Origin: Acidimicrobiales bacterium
GTDB taxonomy: Bacteria > Actinomycetota > Acidimicrobiia > Acidimicrobiales > Bin134
Reading direction: 5' to 3'
DNA length: 64,000 nt
Assembly (NCBI GenBank): GCA_963663255.1
Contig: OY760141.1
Location: 2,253,103 to 2,317,102 of the forward strand
Shown: in pieces, positions 28,585 to 38,489 of the stretch
Layout: every line of letters begins with the position of its first letter
How positions within the stretch are numbered: the first letter of the stretch is position 1
The notes under the pieces: generated by a model
Told to the model about the DNA's origin: nothing
Databases searched by the model: none
The model's input: only the letters and a program-made list of their open reading frames with translations
Position numbers and translations under genes: made by a program

Positions 28585-28655
28585 CCGTTCACTTAGATTT
28601 CCACCACGATTTTCATGTTTGGATCAACCTTTCGGGGTGTCACCTGAAATGGAAA

Positions 28656-28676
28656 GACCTCCCGGTGTGGGAGGTC
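28656..28676 (-). terminator. Candidate ilvB attenuator hairpin
   Basis: Perfect 8-bp stem GACCUCCC-ACACC-GGGAGGUC followed by UUUCCAUUUC on the minus strand, between the leader ORF and ilvB. A second hairpin lies at 28687-28708. Confidence 0.5.
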
Positions 28677-28713
28677 GGAAGCGCTCGGTCTCCGGGTCGG
28701 CCGGGACCGTGCG

Positions 28714-28761
28714 CTACAGGCGTACTACGAGAATCGCTCCAGAGAGAGGATGGCGCTTCAT
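28714..28761 (-). CDS. Candidate ilvBNC leader peptide (15 aa, branched-chain rich)
   Basis: ATG 28761 gives MKRHPLSGAILVVRL, with stop TAG at 28716-28714, upstream of two hairpins and ilvB. A possible TTGTCA-18 nt-CATACT promoter lies just upstream. Confidence 0.5.
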   Translation of the reverse strand: MKRHPLSGAILVVRL

Positions 28762-28795
28762 AGGATGCCACCAGTATGAACGCTAGGGCCTGCTT

Positions 28796-29347
28796 GTGAC
28801 AAGACGGTTAGGGGTCTATCCCGGCTCGTTCAACCCGCCCACCATCGGGCATCTGGCCATCGCTCGGGCGGCAATGGTCCAGAGGGGGCTTGACCAGGTC
28901 GATTTGGTGGTGTCGCGGGTGGCGCTGGGCAAAGAGCTGGCGGCGGTACCCCCGTTTGAGGATCGCATCTCCGTCTTGGAAGCGTCGGTGGCCGACATCG
29001 AAGGGTTGGAGGTGGTAGTGACCGAGCTTCAACTCTTGGTGGACATTGCCCAGGGTTACGACGTGGTGGTCATGGGCGCAGACAAATGGGCCCAAGTCCA
29101 GGACCCGGCTTTCTATGGGGACTCGGTCGAGGCACGCGACCAGGCGGTGAAAGCCCTATTGAGGTTTGACCTGGCCATCGCTCCCCGGCCACCGTTCCAA
29201 GTGCTGTCGGGCGCAGAACTGGACATCGAGCCAGAGATGATCGCGGTGTCCTCCAGCGGGGCGCGCCAAGGCCGGCTGGAGTGGATGACGCCCGCAGCCC
29301 GGGCCTTCGACGATGCCACCGGCGCCTGGTCTAACCCCGATCCCTAA
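28796..29347 (+). CDS. Cytidylyltransferase-fold nucleotidyltransferase (NadD/CoaD-like)
   Basis: YPGSFNPPTIGHLAIA (GxFxPxHxGH-type motif) at the N-terminus. GTG start at 28796. Specific function not assignable. Confidence 0.6.
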   Translation: MTRRLGVYPGSFNPPTIGHLAIARAAMVQRGLDQVDLVVSRVALGKELAAVPPFEDRISVLEASVADIEGLEVVVTELQLLVDIAQGYDVVVMGADKWAQVQDPAFYGDSVEARDQAVKALLRFDLAIAPRPPFQVLSGAELDIEPEMIAVSSSGARQGRLEWMTPAARAFDDATGAWSNPDP

Positions 29348-29357
29348 GGACGCACCG

Positions 29358-31034
29358 TTAGGCCTCGGTAATGGCGCCCTTTTCCGCTCCTTGGGCCAAG
29401 CGGGCGTATTTGGCCAGCACGCCTTTGGTGTAACGGGGCTCGGGCGGCTTCCAATTGGCCCGGCGCTCGGCCAGGGTGGATTCGTCCACTAGCAGGTCGA
29501 TGGAATGGTCCCGCACATCGATGCGGATGGTGTCGCCCTCGGCCACCAGCGCGATGGGCCCGCCCTCGGTGGCTTCAGGGGCAATGTGGCCCACGCAGAA
29601 CCCATGGGTACCCCCGGAGAACCGGCCGTCGGTGATCAAGGCCGCGTCACCTCCTCGACCGGCCCCCTTCATCGCACCGGTGATGGCCAGCATCTCCCTC
29701 ATACCGGGGCCACCCTTGGGCCCCTCGTAGCGGATCACCACGATGTCGCCGGCCTCGATGCGGCCGGTCAGCACTGCATCCATGGCCGTATCTTCGCCGT
29801 CGAATACCCGGGCCCGGCCCTCGAAGTGGTCAAAGTCGATGCCGGCCACCTTCAACACCGCCCCTTTGGGGGCCAGCGACCCGGTGAGTACCGCGATTCC
29901 GCCGATTTCGTGCAGTGGTTCGCCAAAGCGGTGGATGACCTCACCGTCGGGCCCTGGCGGGTCGAGCAAAGCCAAGTTCTCGGCCATGGTCTTGCCGGTC
30001 ACGGTGATTTCGTCGCCGTGCAGAAGACCCTCGTCGAGCAGCATCTTGAGCACCACCGGGACGCCGCCGATGCGGTCGATGTCGGCCATGTGGTACTGCC
30101 CGTGGGGCTTGGTGTCGGCCAGATGGGGAACCCGGGCCGCCACCTTGTTGAAGTCGTCCAGCTCCAACTCCACACCGGCCTCCCAGGCGATGGCGAGCAG
30201 GTGCAGCACCGCGTTGGTCGACCCGCCCAAGGCCATGGTCACCGCGATGGCGTTCTCGAACGCCGCCTTGGTCATGATGGCGCGGGGCCGGATGTTCTCC
30301 CGCAAAAGGCCGATCACCGCGGTGCCGCTGGCGTAGCTGTAGTCGTCGCGGCGGCGATCGACCGCAGCGGCCGAGGCGCTGCCCGGTAGCGACATGCCCA
30401 GGGCCTCCCCGATCGACGCCATGGTGTTGGCGGTGAACATCCCGGCGCACGAACCCTCGGTGGGGCACGCATTTCGCTCAATGGCGTCGAGCTCCTCATC
30501 GTCGATGTCGCCCACCGCATGGGCGCCCACGGCCTCGAACACGCTCACGATGTCGAGCACTTGGCCGTTGTGGTGGCCGGGGAGAATTGACCCGCCGTAG
30601 ACGAACACCGACGGCAGATTGAGGCGGGCCGCGGCCATCAGCATGCCGGGGAGCGACTTGTCGCAGCCTGCGAAGCTGACGAAGGCGTCCAATCGCTCGG
30701 CGTGCATCACCGCCTCCACCGAGTCGGCGATTATCTCCCGACTCACCAGAGAAGCCCGCATCCCCTCGTGGCCCATGGAGATGCCGTCGGAAACCGCGAT
30801 GGTGTTGAACTCGATGGGAAAGCCGCCCGCGTCTCTCACCCCCTGCTTGGCCCGCTTGGCCAGCCGGTCCAGGGGCAGATTGCAGGGGGTCACCTCATTC
30901 CACGACGACGCCACCCCCACCTGGGCCTTGTCCCAATCGTCGTCGGTCATGCCCACGGCCCGGAGCATGGCCCTGGCCGGGGCCCGCCCTGCCCCGGAAG
31001 TGACCTCGTGAGAACGTGGCTTCATATCGCTCAT
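29358..31034 (-). CDS. ilvD: Dihydroxy-acid dehydratase
   Basis: IlvD/Edd signatures ([26 protein letters not shown]), 558 aa. Confidence 0.95.
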   Translation of the reverse strand: MSDMKPRSHEVTSGAGRAPARAMLRAVGMTDDDWDKAQVGVASSWNEVTPCNLPLDRLAKRAKQGVRDAGGFPIEFNTIAVSDGISMGHEGMRASLVSREIIADSVEAVMHAERLDAFVSFAGCDKSLPGMLMAAARLNLPSVFVYGGSILPGHHNGQVLDIVSVFEAVGAHAVGDIDDEELDAIERNACPTEGSCAGMFTANTMASIGEALGMSLPGSASAAAVDRRRDDYSYASGTAVIGLLRENIRPRAIMTKAAFENAIAVTMALGGSTNAVLHLLAIAWEAGVELELDDFNKVAARVPHLADTKPHGQYHMADIDRIGGVPVVLKMLLDEGLLHGDEITVTGKTMAENLALLDPPGPDGEVIHRFGEPLHEIGGIAVLTGSLAPKGAVLKVAGIDFDHFEGRARVFDGEDTAMDAVLTGRIEAGDIVVIRYEGPKGGPGMREMLAITGAMKGAGRGGDAALITDGRFSGGTHGFCVGHIAPEATEGGPIALVAEGDTIRIDVRDHSIDLLVDESTLAERRANWKPPEPRYTKGVLAKYARLAQGAEKGAITEA

Positions 31035-31055
31035 GCCGACAGGCTACTGACTGAG

Positions 31056-32393
31056 ATGGCGCGGATTAGAGGGCTATTGGGATTGCACAAGTCGCCCTAT
31101 GACCGGGAGATCGCCCGGTTGGCGGTGCCCGCTCTCGGCGCGCTCATAGCCGAGCCGCTCTACACCCTGGCCGACACTGCGGTGGTAGGACACCTGGGCA
31201 CTCCCCATCTCGGCGGACTGGCCGTTGCCTCGCAGGTGCTGCTGGGCGCGCTCTCGCTGTTCATTTTCCTGGCCTACGGAACCACCGCCGCAGTGGGTCG
31301 GCTCATCGGTGCCGGCGACCACCGCCGGGCTGCCCAGCAGGCGGTGCAGGGGTTGTGGCTGGCCGCGGTGGTGGGAGCGGTGCTGGCCGCGGCCGCTTAT
31401 GCGTTCTCCGACCCCCTGTTGAGAATGCTGGGCGCAAACGGAGAGGTTCTGGCTCAGGGCCGGATCTACCTGCGTATCAGCCTTTTCGGCCTGCCCGCCA
31501 TGCTCATCACGCTGGCTGGGGTGGGCTATCTGCGCGGGCTTCAAGACACGCTGCGTCCGCTGAAGGTGGCGGTGGTCACCGCCGGGCTGAACCTGGCGTT
31601 GGAGCTGGTGTTGATCTACGGGCTGGGCTTCGGCATCGGCGCCTCGGCCCTGTCCACCGTCATTGCCCAATGGCTGGCCGCCTCCGCCTACGTCTGGTGG
31701 ATCCGGCAGGCAGTGGCTGCCCATGGGGTAACCCTGGCGCCCGACCGCATGATCATCGGGCGGCTGGCAGTGGTAGGTCTCGACCTGTTCCTGCGAACCG
31801 CGGCGCTGCGGGCGTCGTTCACCATCTCAGTGGCGGTGGCCGCTCGCCTGGGCGACGTCGAGCTGGCCGCCCACGAGGTGATCTATCAGCTCATGTTCTT
31901 CCTGGCCCTGGCCTTGGACGCGGTAGCCATCGCCGGGCAGGCCATGATCGGCCGCTATCTGGGTGCCGACGAGCCCGACCAGGCTCGGGCTGCGGGCCGC
32001 CGCATGATCGAGTGGGGGCTGGCCTCGGGACTTGCGGCCACGGTGGTGCTGCTGGCCGCCCGGCCGTGGCTGCCCCTGGTGTTCTCCAGCGACGAGGCGG
32101 TGCTCTCGCTGGCTGGATTCCTCATGCTGCACTTGGCATTCCTACAACCGGTAAACGGCGTGGTATTCGCCCTCGACGGGGTGCTGATCGGCGCCGGGGA
32201 CATGCGTTTCCTCGCCGTGGCCATGGCCGGCGCCGCGGCAGTGTTCGTCCCCCTGGCAATGTGGGTGATGGCCGCCGATGCGGGCATCGGCTGGCTGTGG
32301 GGTGCCATGTGGGCGCTCATGGGTGCCCGGCTTGTAGCCCTGCTATGGCGCTTCGCCAGCCCCCGCTGGCTCGTGTCCGGCGCCGTTCGTTAG
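31056..32393 (+). CDS. MATE family efflux transporter (DinF-like)
   Basis: Typical N-terminus REIARLAVPALGALIAEPLYTLADTAVVGHLG and multiple TM segments. Trimmed from 30702, because the extension is antisense to ilvD. Confidence 0.85.
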   Translation: MARIRGLLGLHKSPYDREIARLAVPALGALIAEPLYTLADTAVVGHLGTPHLGGLAVASQVLLGALSLFIFLAYGTTAAVGRLIGAGDHRRAAQQAVQGLWLAAVVGAVLAAAAYAFSDPLLRMLGANGEVLAQGRIYLRISLFGLPAMLITLAGVGYLRGLQDTLRPLKVAVVTAGLNLALELVLIYGLGFGIGASALSTVIAQWLAASAYVWWIRQAVAAHGVTLAPDRMIIGRLAVVGLDLFLRTAALRASFTISVAVAARLGDVELAAHEVIYQLMFFLALALDAVAIAGQAMIGRYLGADEPDQARAAGRRMIEWGLASGLAATVVLLAARPWLPLVFSSDEAVLSLAGFLMLHLAFLQPVNGVVFALDGVLIGAGDMRFLAVAMAGAAAVFVPLAMWVMAADAGIGWLWGAMWALMGARLVALLWRFASPRWLVSGAVR

Positions 32394-33547
32394 CCGGCTG
32401 CTCCCTCGATGTGGGCCTTGATGCCGTCTACTACGCGCTGCATGTTGACCCGGTGGACTCGGATGCGGTTGGCGATGACCCGGTGCTCTTTGCCGGGGTT
32501 CTGGTCGATGAACGTGTTGAGGCCGGATGGTCCGGGGCCGAGCAGGAGGCGGTATAGCAGCCGAGTGCCGCCGCCCATGAGGGGTTGAAGTTCGAAGCGC
32601 CATCGGGCACCGGGGTTGTCGGGGTCGGATGTGCACCAGCCGAAGGCCACCTGCTCCTCACAAACGTCCACAAAACACGGCACCTCCCAGTCGCCCATCA
32701 CTTCGAGACAATTGCGGCCGGTGAACGTGGCCCCTAGCGCGGGGCCGTCGAAGCCGTCGTCCCAACTGGCGCCGGTGAACTCGTCGGAGAACTGCGCCGG
32801 CAGGTCGATGTCGGTGACCACGGCCCATACCTCGTCCAACTCGGCCTCAATATCGGTCTCCACCACCGTGCCGGGGCCGTCCGCCATGTTCACAGGGGTT
32901 CCCGGACCTGACTCAAAGGTGCGGCCGTAGCCGTCGAAGAAGGTGATCTCACGGGCGGGAGTGCGGCGGGCGGGGCGGAAATCGGTGCCCTTGGTCCAGG
33001 CCACCGGGAACATGGCGATCTCGGTGATCTCGTCGGGGATGCCCAGCAACTCCTTTAGCTCGGGGGCTTTGGCCAACACTGCCGTTGTCCACGCAGTGCC
33101 CAGCCCCCGGGCCCGCAGGGCCACGCAGAAACTCCACCCGCTCTGGATAACGGAGTCGAACAGGCCGGGGGCGCCGCTGCCGTCGTGTCGGCCCACGATG
33201 GTGGGGATGACGATCGCCGGCACCTCGGCCAGGTGCTCCACCAGATAGGCCGACGAGCTCACCGTCTTGGCCCGGGGATGGTCGGTGCCCTCCAAGCGGT
33301 CGCGAGCCTCCAGCATGAATCCGCCCACCACCTCGCGGTAGAGCCGGGCCAGCTCCTGCTTGATGTCGGGGTCGCGCACCACGATCCACCGCCGGCTGGT
33401 CTGGTTACCCCCGGTGGGGGCCTGCTCGGCGATGTCGATGCAGTCGAGGATGATCTGATCGTCTACCGGCCGCTCTAGATCCAGCCGCCGCCGCACCGCC
33501 CTCGTCGTGGTCAGCGCCAAATCCACCGCTTCAGTGTCAATGTTCAT
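32390..33547 (-). CDS. Nitroreductase domain fused to a C-terminal SRPBCC/START-like domain
   Basis: N-terminal part TTRAVRRRLDLERPVDDQIILDCIDIAEQAPTGGN is nitroreductase. The C-terminal 150 aa (VETDIEAELDEVWAVVTDID...) is SRPBCC-like. ATG 33547 overlaps the upstream stop (ATGA). Confidence 0.7.
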   Translation of the reverse strand: MNIDTEAVDLALTTTRAVRRRLDLERPVDDQIILDCIDIAEQAPTGGNQTSRRWIVVRDPDIKQELARLYREVVGGFMLEARDRLEGTDHPRAKTVSSSAYLVEHLAEVPAIVIPTIVGRHDGSGAPGLFDSVIQSGWSFCVALRARGLGTAWTTAVLAKAPELKELLGIPDEITEIAMFPVAWTKGTDFRPARRTPAREITFFDGYGRTFESGPGTPVNMADGPGTVVETDIEAELDEVWAVVTDIDLPAQFSDEFTGASWDDGFDGPALGATFTGRNCLEVMGDWEVPCFVDVCEEQVAFGWCTSDPDNPGARWRFELQPLMGGGTRLLYRLLLGPGPSGLNTFIDQNPGKEHRVIANRIRVHRVNMQRVVDGIKAHIEGAAG

Positions 33548-34800
33548 GTCTTGCTGGCCTCGTTGTATATGCCGCGGGACATGAGCGACTGCTCTAGGTC
33601 TCGCCGCTTCCGGTACACCTCGGCTCGCAGCTCGATAACACCGGCATCTTCGGGCGCGGATTGAGCGGCCCATTCGGCGAGTTGGCAGGCAAGTCGCAAA
33701 TCGCCTGCCTCGCTGAGATCTGCGGCCCGACCGGCCAAAGCGGCCGCCCCTCCGGCGAGCTGGGCGACCTCGGCGGCTATCTTCTGATCCGGCGCGGGCT
33801 TGAGTCGGGCGGGATTGCCGTCGTACCAGCCCCCGTAAAGGCGCCAGATGTTGCGAACCACGAACTCGGGCTCGTCGTAGACGGGCCGCAGATAGGGCTT
33901 GGCCAGCAGATCATCGGGTACCCGCACGTGGTGGATGATGTCGTCGAGGCGAGCACCGGCATTCATCATCTCCAAGGTGTCGGCCACCAGCCCCTCCAGC
34001 GCGGTGGCCACATCGTCGAGCACCGCGGCGATGCGCCTCTCTCCCTCGATAGGCAGGCCGTGAGCGGGCAGCAGAAGTGCGGGGCGCAACTCGATCATCT
34101 GGCGCAGGGCGGCGGCCCATTCAGCTGGGTAGCGCTGCACCTTCTGGGGATTGCCCGCATTGGGGAAGAACCAGATGAACAGGTCGCCGGCGAACAGCGC
34201 CCGAGACTGGGGCATCCACACAAGAGTGTGGTCGTCGGTCTCGCCTTGGGCATGGATCAGCCGCATGGATGTGCTGCCCACCTCCACGTCGAGCGTGGTG
34301 GCATAGGTGGTCTGGGGGCGCACCCAATCGCCATCGAACAGATTGGCGAAAGGGCCATCGCCGAACTGGCGGCGGTTGATCACCTGGTTGTATCCCGAAG
34401 TGAGGTCGTAACGGTCGAATCGCTGCGGTACGGCTTCGTGGGCCAACACTCGGGGAGAGGGTTGCCCTTGCTCCTCGGCATCCTCGACAAATGCTCTGGC
34501 ACCGCCGACATGGTCCACGTGGCCGTGGGTGTACACGATGGTGTGGACCGACTGGCCCTTCCACCGGCGGAGGTGGTCGAGAGTTATTGGGGCGAACCCC
34601 GGCAGCGAGGTGTCGATTGCCACCAGCCCCTCATCGGTAGCTACCGACCAGACGTGGGAAAAGGCGCACACCACCGCAATCTGGTCGGCTATCTCGTGAA
34701 ATGAGCCGTCCATGGGCTGCACCGACTGCTGCCCCTCAAAGGTGCCCTCGTCTATGAACCGGGCCGATCGTTCCAGCAGTGACATGCCAACCTGCACCAT
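33544..34800 (-). CDS. MBL-fold hydrolase, alkyl/aryl-sulfatase-like (MBL plus dimerisation domain, no SCP2 C-domain)
   Basis: YTHGHVDHVGG (HxHxDH). The C-terminus GDLRLACQLAEWAAQSAPEDAGVIELRAEVY resembles the alkyl-sulfatase dimerisation domain. Start trimmed to ATG 34800, downstream of the gatB stop. Confidence 0.65.
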   Translation of the reverse strand: MVQVGMSLLERSARFIDEGTFEGQQSVQPMDGSFHEIADQIAVVCAFSHVWSVATDEGLVAIDTSLPGFAPITLDHLRRWKGQSVHTIVYTHGHVDHVGGARAFVEDAEEQGQPSPRVLAHEAVPQRFDRYDLTSGYNQVINRRQFGDGPFANLFDGDWVRPQTTYATTLDVEVGSTSMRLIHAQGETDDHTLVWMPQSRALFAGDLFIWFFPNAGNPQKVQRYPAEWAAALRQMIELRPALLLPAHGLPIEGERRIAAVLDDVATALEGLVADTLEMMNAGARLDDIIHHVRVPDDLLAKPYLRPVYDEPEFVVRNIWRLYGGWYDGNPARLKPAPDQKIAAEVAQLAGGAAALAGRAADLSEAGDLRLACQLAEWAAQSAPEDAGVIELRAEVYRKRRDLEQSLMSRGIYNEASKT

Positions 34801-34820
34801 AGCGGTCAGTCTGATTTGCG

Positions 34821-36272
34821 CTAGCTGCGGCGTGAGTGGAGGAGCTGGGTGACGGCTTTGCCGTCGGCTCGGCCTTGGGTGGCCTTCATCACCTGACCGA
34901 CAAAGAAGCCGGTGAGCTTGGCGTCGCCGTCGCAGAAGCGGGTCCACTCGTCAGGATGGCTGGCGATGAGGCCGTCGACCAGAGGCTCGAGTTCTCCGGT
35001 GTCCATAGCCTCGAACCCCAGTTCCTGGGCCGCCTCTTGGGGCGAGCCCCCAACGTCGACCAATGCGGCAAGCACCTTCTTGGCCTGGGTGGCGGTCAGC
35101 TCGCCATCGTCTTCCATGCCCACCAGGCCCGCCAGCGCCTCCGGGGTCAACTGCCCGGGGCCGTCGGCCAGATTGTGGACGATGTGGGTCATCACCCGCT
35201 CGGGGGCCCCTCCCCCGCCGATGGCGGTCAGAGCCAATTCGTCCATTGAGCGCTCGACAGCCAGGGCAATGTGATCGGCATCGGTCGACGGCGCGGCCTC
35301 AGCCAACCGAATCCGTCGGTCTCGGGGCATCAGGGGAAGCGCCTGGCGGATCTGCTCCACCCACTGCGGACTGGGGTCGAGCGGGAGCAGATCGGGCTCG
35401 GGGAAATAGCGGTAGTCGTAATCCTCTTCTTTGGAGCGCAGGGCGTGGGTGCGACCGTCATCCTCGTTCCAATGGCGAGTCTGCTGCTCGATGGTCTGGG
35501 CGCTGGTCAGCAAATCAATCTGCCGGCGAGCCTCGTACTCGATGGCGCGGCCCATCGAGCGCAGGGAGTTGACGTTCTTGATCTCGCATCGGGTGCCGAG
35601 GCGGTCAGTTCCCACCGGCCTCACCGACACGTTGCAATCCACCCGCAGCGACCCTTCCTCCATCTTGCCGTCCGATGCCCCCACCGCCACCAGAATCGCC
35701 CGCAGCTCGCTCACGTACTGGCGGGCCTCCTCGGCCGATCGCAGCTCGGGATGCCCCACAATCTCGATGAGCGGCACCCCGGCACGGTTGTAGTCCACCA
35801 GTGAGTACCCGGCTTCGTGGATGCGCCCACCTCCGCCGATGTGGACGGTCTTGCCGGTGTCCTCTTCCAGATGAGCCCGCTCGATACTGATTCGCTTGCC
35901 CGAGGGCAGCTCCAACCAGCCGTCGACGTTGATCGGCTGGTCGTATTGACTGATCTGGAAGTCCTTGGGCATGTCGGGGTAGAAGTAGTTCTTCCGGGCA
36001 AACACCGAAGGCTGGATTCGGCAGTTGAGGGCCAGGCCCACCCGGATGGCCAGCTCTACCGCCGTCTCGTTGAGCACGGGCAGCGAGCCGGGCAAGCCAA
36101 GCGATACGGGGTCGATATGGGTGTTGGGATGGCCGCCGAACCGGTTGGGACTGGCGCTGAACAGCTTGGTCTCGGTGGCCAGCTCGGCATGGACCTCCAG
36201 GCCCACCACCGTCTCCCACTCGGTGTCTGCCGGCGCCCCCAAACCGGGTACGTCGAGTGTGGGCCCGCTCAT
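34821..36272 (-). CDS. gatB: Asp/Glu-tRNA amidotransferase subunit B
   Basis: WETVVGLEVHAEL N-terminus and C-terminal GatB/YqeY domain. In gatC-gatA-gatB order with overlaps. Confidence 0.95.
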   Translation of the reverse strand: MSGPTLDVPGLGAPADTEWETVVGLEVHAELATETKLFSASPNRFGGHPNTHIDPVSLGLPGSLPVLNETAVELAIRVGLALNCRIQPSVFARKNYFYPDMPKDFQISQYDQPINVDGWLELPSGKRISIERAHLEEDTGKTVHIGGGGRIHEAGYSLVDYNRAGVPLIEIVGHPELRSAEEARQYVSELRAILVAVGASDGKMEEGSLRVDCNVSVRPVGTDRLGTRCEIKNVNSLRSMGRAIEYEARRQIDLLTSAQTIEQQTRHWNEDDGRTHALRSKEEDYDYRYFPEPDLLPLDPSPQWVEQIRQALPLMPRDRRIRLAEAAPSTDADHIALAVERSMDELALTAIGGGGAPERVMTHIVHNLADGPGQLTPEALAGLVGMEDDGELTATQAKKVLAALVDVGGSPQEAAQELGFEAMDTGELEPLVDGLIASHPDEWTRFCDGDAKLTGFFVGQVMKATQGRADGKAVTQLLHSRRS

Positions 36273-37687
36273 CCCATGCTCGTTTCCAGCACCGCGGCGG
36301 CCCGGAACATGACCGGCTCACCCAGGGCGGGGGCCATGATCTGCACCCCCACCGGGAGGCCGTCGTCGCCCACGCCATAGGGCACCGACATAGCGGCCTG
36401 GCCGGTGAGGTTCACCGGCACAGTGCAAACGTCGCTCATGTACATGGCCATGGGGTCGGCGGTGCGTTCTCCCAGCGAGAAAGCAGTGGTGGGCGATGTG
36501 GGACTCAACAGCAGGTCGAACTGCTTCCATACCGAGGCGAACTCATTGATGATAAGCGTGCGGACCTTCTGGGCCTTGCCGTAGTAGGCGTCGTAATAGC
36601 CCGCCGACAAGGCATAGGTGCCGATCATGATGCGCCGCTTGACCTCGTCGCCAAAGCCGGCCGAACGGGTGGCGGTGTTCATGTCCGGCGTGCTGGAGGC
36701 GTCCACCCGCAGCCCATAGCGGACGCCGTCGTAGCGGGCCAGGTTGCTGGACGCCTCGGCCGGGGCGATCAGGTAGTAGGCCGACAGCCCAAAAACCGCC
36801 GCCGGCACGCTGGCTTCGGCGATGCGGGCCCCGGCTGATTCCAGGGCGTCCACCGCGGCGCTCAGGCGGGCGGCCACATCAGGGGCGATGCCGTTGCCGC
36901 TCAACTCCCCCAGCACGCCTACCCGAAGGCCCTCTACTCCGTCGGCGAGCGATTCAGACACCGATGGCTGGGTTTCGCTGATGCTGGTGGAATCCTGAAG
37001 ATCCGAGCCGCTGACCACGTCCAGCACCGCGGCCGCGTCGGCCACCGTGGTGGCGAACGGCCCAATCTGGTCCAAAGACGAGGCGAAGGCCACCAGCCCG
37101 TAGCGAGACACCAGTCCATAGGTGGGCTTCACCCCGACCACCCCGCAGAGGGCGGCGGGCTGGCGAATCGACCCGCCGGTGTCGCTTCCCAGCGCGACCG
37201 GGGCAAATCCAGCGGCAACCGCCGCCGCGCTCCCCCCCGAAGATCCCCCCGGCACCCGACGGGGGTCGCGGGGATTGCGGGTAGGACCGAAGGCTGAGTT
37301 CTCCGTGGAGCTGCCCATGGCGAACTCATCCATGTTTGTTTTGCCTACCATCACCGCACCGGCTTCGCGGAGCCGCTCCACCACGGTGGCGCTATACGGC
37401 GGCTCCCAGCCTTCCAGAATGCGGGAAGAACAGGTCGTGGCCACTCCACGGGTGCAGAGGTTGTCTTTGAGGGCCACTGGTACTCCGGCCAGCGGACCTG
37501 GGTCATTGCCTGCGGCCACCTGGGCATCGATCTCATCGGCCCGAAGCCGGGCTTGCTCTGCGGTCACCAGGTTGAAGGCATGAATGTCGGCATCCCCTTG
37601 GGCGATCGCCTCCAAGTACTCATCAACCGCGGAGCGGGCCGACTTCTGTCCAGACCGCACGGCGGCGGCAATCTCGACAGCAGTCAC
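36269..37687 (-). CDS. gatA: Asp/Glu-tRNA amidotransferase subunit A
   Basis: Amidase signature GGSSGGSAAAVAAG, 472 aa. Confidence 0.95.
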   Translation of the reverse strand: MTAVEIAAAVRSGQKSARSAVDEYLEAIAQGDADIHAFNLVTAEQARLRADEIDAQVAAGNDPGPLAGVPVALKDNLCTRGVATTCSSRILEGWEPPYSATVVERLREAGAVMVGKTNMDEFAMGSSTENSAFGPTRNPRDPRRVPGGSSGGSAAAVAAGFAPVALGSDTGGSIRQPAALCGVVGVKPTYGLVSRYGLVAFASSLDQIGPFATTVADAAAVLDVVSGSDLQDSTSISETQPSVSESLADGVEGLRVGVLGELSGNGIAPDVAARLSAAVDALESAGARIAEASVPAAVFGLSAYYLIAPAEASSNLARYDGVRYGLRVDASSTPDMNTATRSAGFGDEVKRRIMIGTYALSAGYYDAYYGKAQKVRTLIINEFASVWKQFDLLLSPTSPTTAFSLGERTADPMAMYMSDVCTVPVNLTGQAAMSVPYGVGDDGLPVGVQIMAPALGEPVMFRAAAVLETSMG

Positions 37688-37989
37688 GGCGCCTCGCCCA
37701 GAACTGGGGGGACCCGGAACTGGCCGTCCTCGGCAAAGGGCGCCTGAGCCAGAACCTCATCGCGATCCAACACCTCGCCCGGAATGTCCGGTCGCAGCAG
37801 GTTGGCGATGGGAAGGGCATGCATCGTTGGGGCCAGTCCCTCAAGGTCGAGAGCCTCCACCTCGCCCACATGGTCCAAGAGCTCGTCGAGTTGACTGGTG
37901 AAGCGGTCCAGTTCTTCGTCGGTCAGCTCCAGACGGGCCAAGGCGGCCACGTGGGCACACTCAGCCCGGGTGATGCGTTGCTGCCCCAT
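37684..37989 (-). CDS. gatC: Asp/Glu-tRNA amidotransferase subunit C
   Basis: VAALARLELTDEELDRFTSQLDELLDHV. Trimmed to ATG 37989 (101 aa). Overlaps the gatA start. Confidence 0.9.
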   Translation of the reverse strand: MGQQRITRAECAHVAALARLELTDEELDRFTSQLDELLDHVGEVEALDLEGLAPTMHALPIANLLRPDIPGEVLDRDEVLAQAPFAEDGQFRVPPVLGEAP

Positions 37990-38053
37990 ACCGAAGCGCC
38001 ATCGTACCGTTTCGCTGGTGGGATTCCCGCGCCGAAGTCGATACCTTGATGGG

Positions 38054-38485
38054 ATGGGGACACACCCGTTCCTCAGCCCGGGATGGATCGAGGCGGCGAT
38101 GGCCCTTCGCAGGGAGCTTGCGTCAACTGTCCCGCCCTCGGGCCAGGAGGCCCGGGTGAACCTCGTGGTTACCGACACTCCCTTCGAACAAACCCAGTTC
38201 CGGGCGTACATCGATACCGAGGCTGGCGGACCGCTTCCGGTACCCGGCAGCCTGGAGAACCCCGATGCCACTGTGATCCTGGACTACCCATCGGCGTTAG
38301 CGGCATTCGTCACCGATGACCCCGATGTGGTCGCCAGTGGCTTCCTCACCGGCGCTCTCCGCGTAGAGGGCGACTTGGCCCTCGTCCTCATGCTCTTCGG
38401 CGAGGGCATGACCGATGCACAAGCCGCATTCGCCCACCATGCTCAGACTCGGATGCGGGCCATCACCATCCTCGGTGAGGACTGA
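38054..38485 (+). CDS. SCP2 sterol-binding-domain protein
   Basis: C-terminal FLTGALRVEGDLALVLML pattern of SCP2. Trimmed to ATG 38054, since the listed extension is antisense to gatC. Confidence 0.6.
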   Translation: MGTHPFLSPGWIEAAMALRRELASTVPPSGQEARVNLVVTDTPFEQTQFRAYIDTEAGGPLPVPGSLENPDATVILDYPSALAAFVTDDPDVVASGFLTGALRVEGDLALVLMLFGEGMTDAQAAFAHHAQTRMRAITILGED

Positions 38486-38489
38486 GCCC

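Noticed and set aside
31355-32557. 400-aa plus-strand ORF overlapping the MATE gene in another frame.
   Set aside because: Its translation is Arg/Gly/Pro-rich. The MATE frame shows the canonical N-terminal motif and TM helices.
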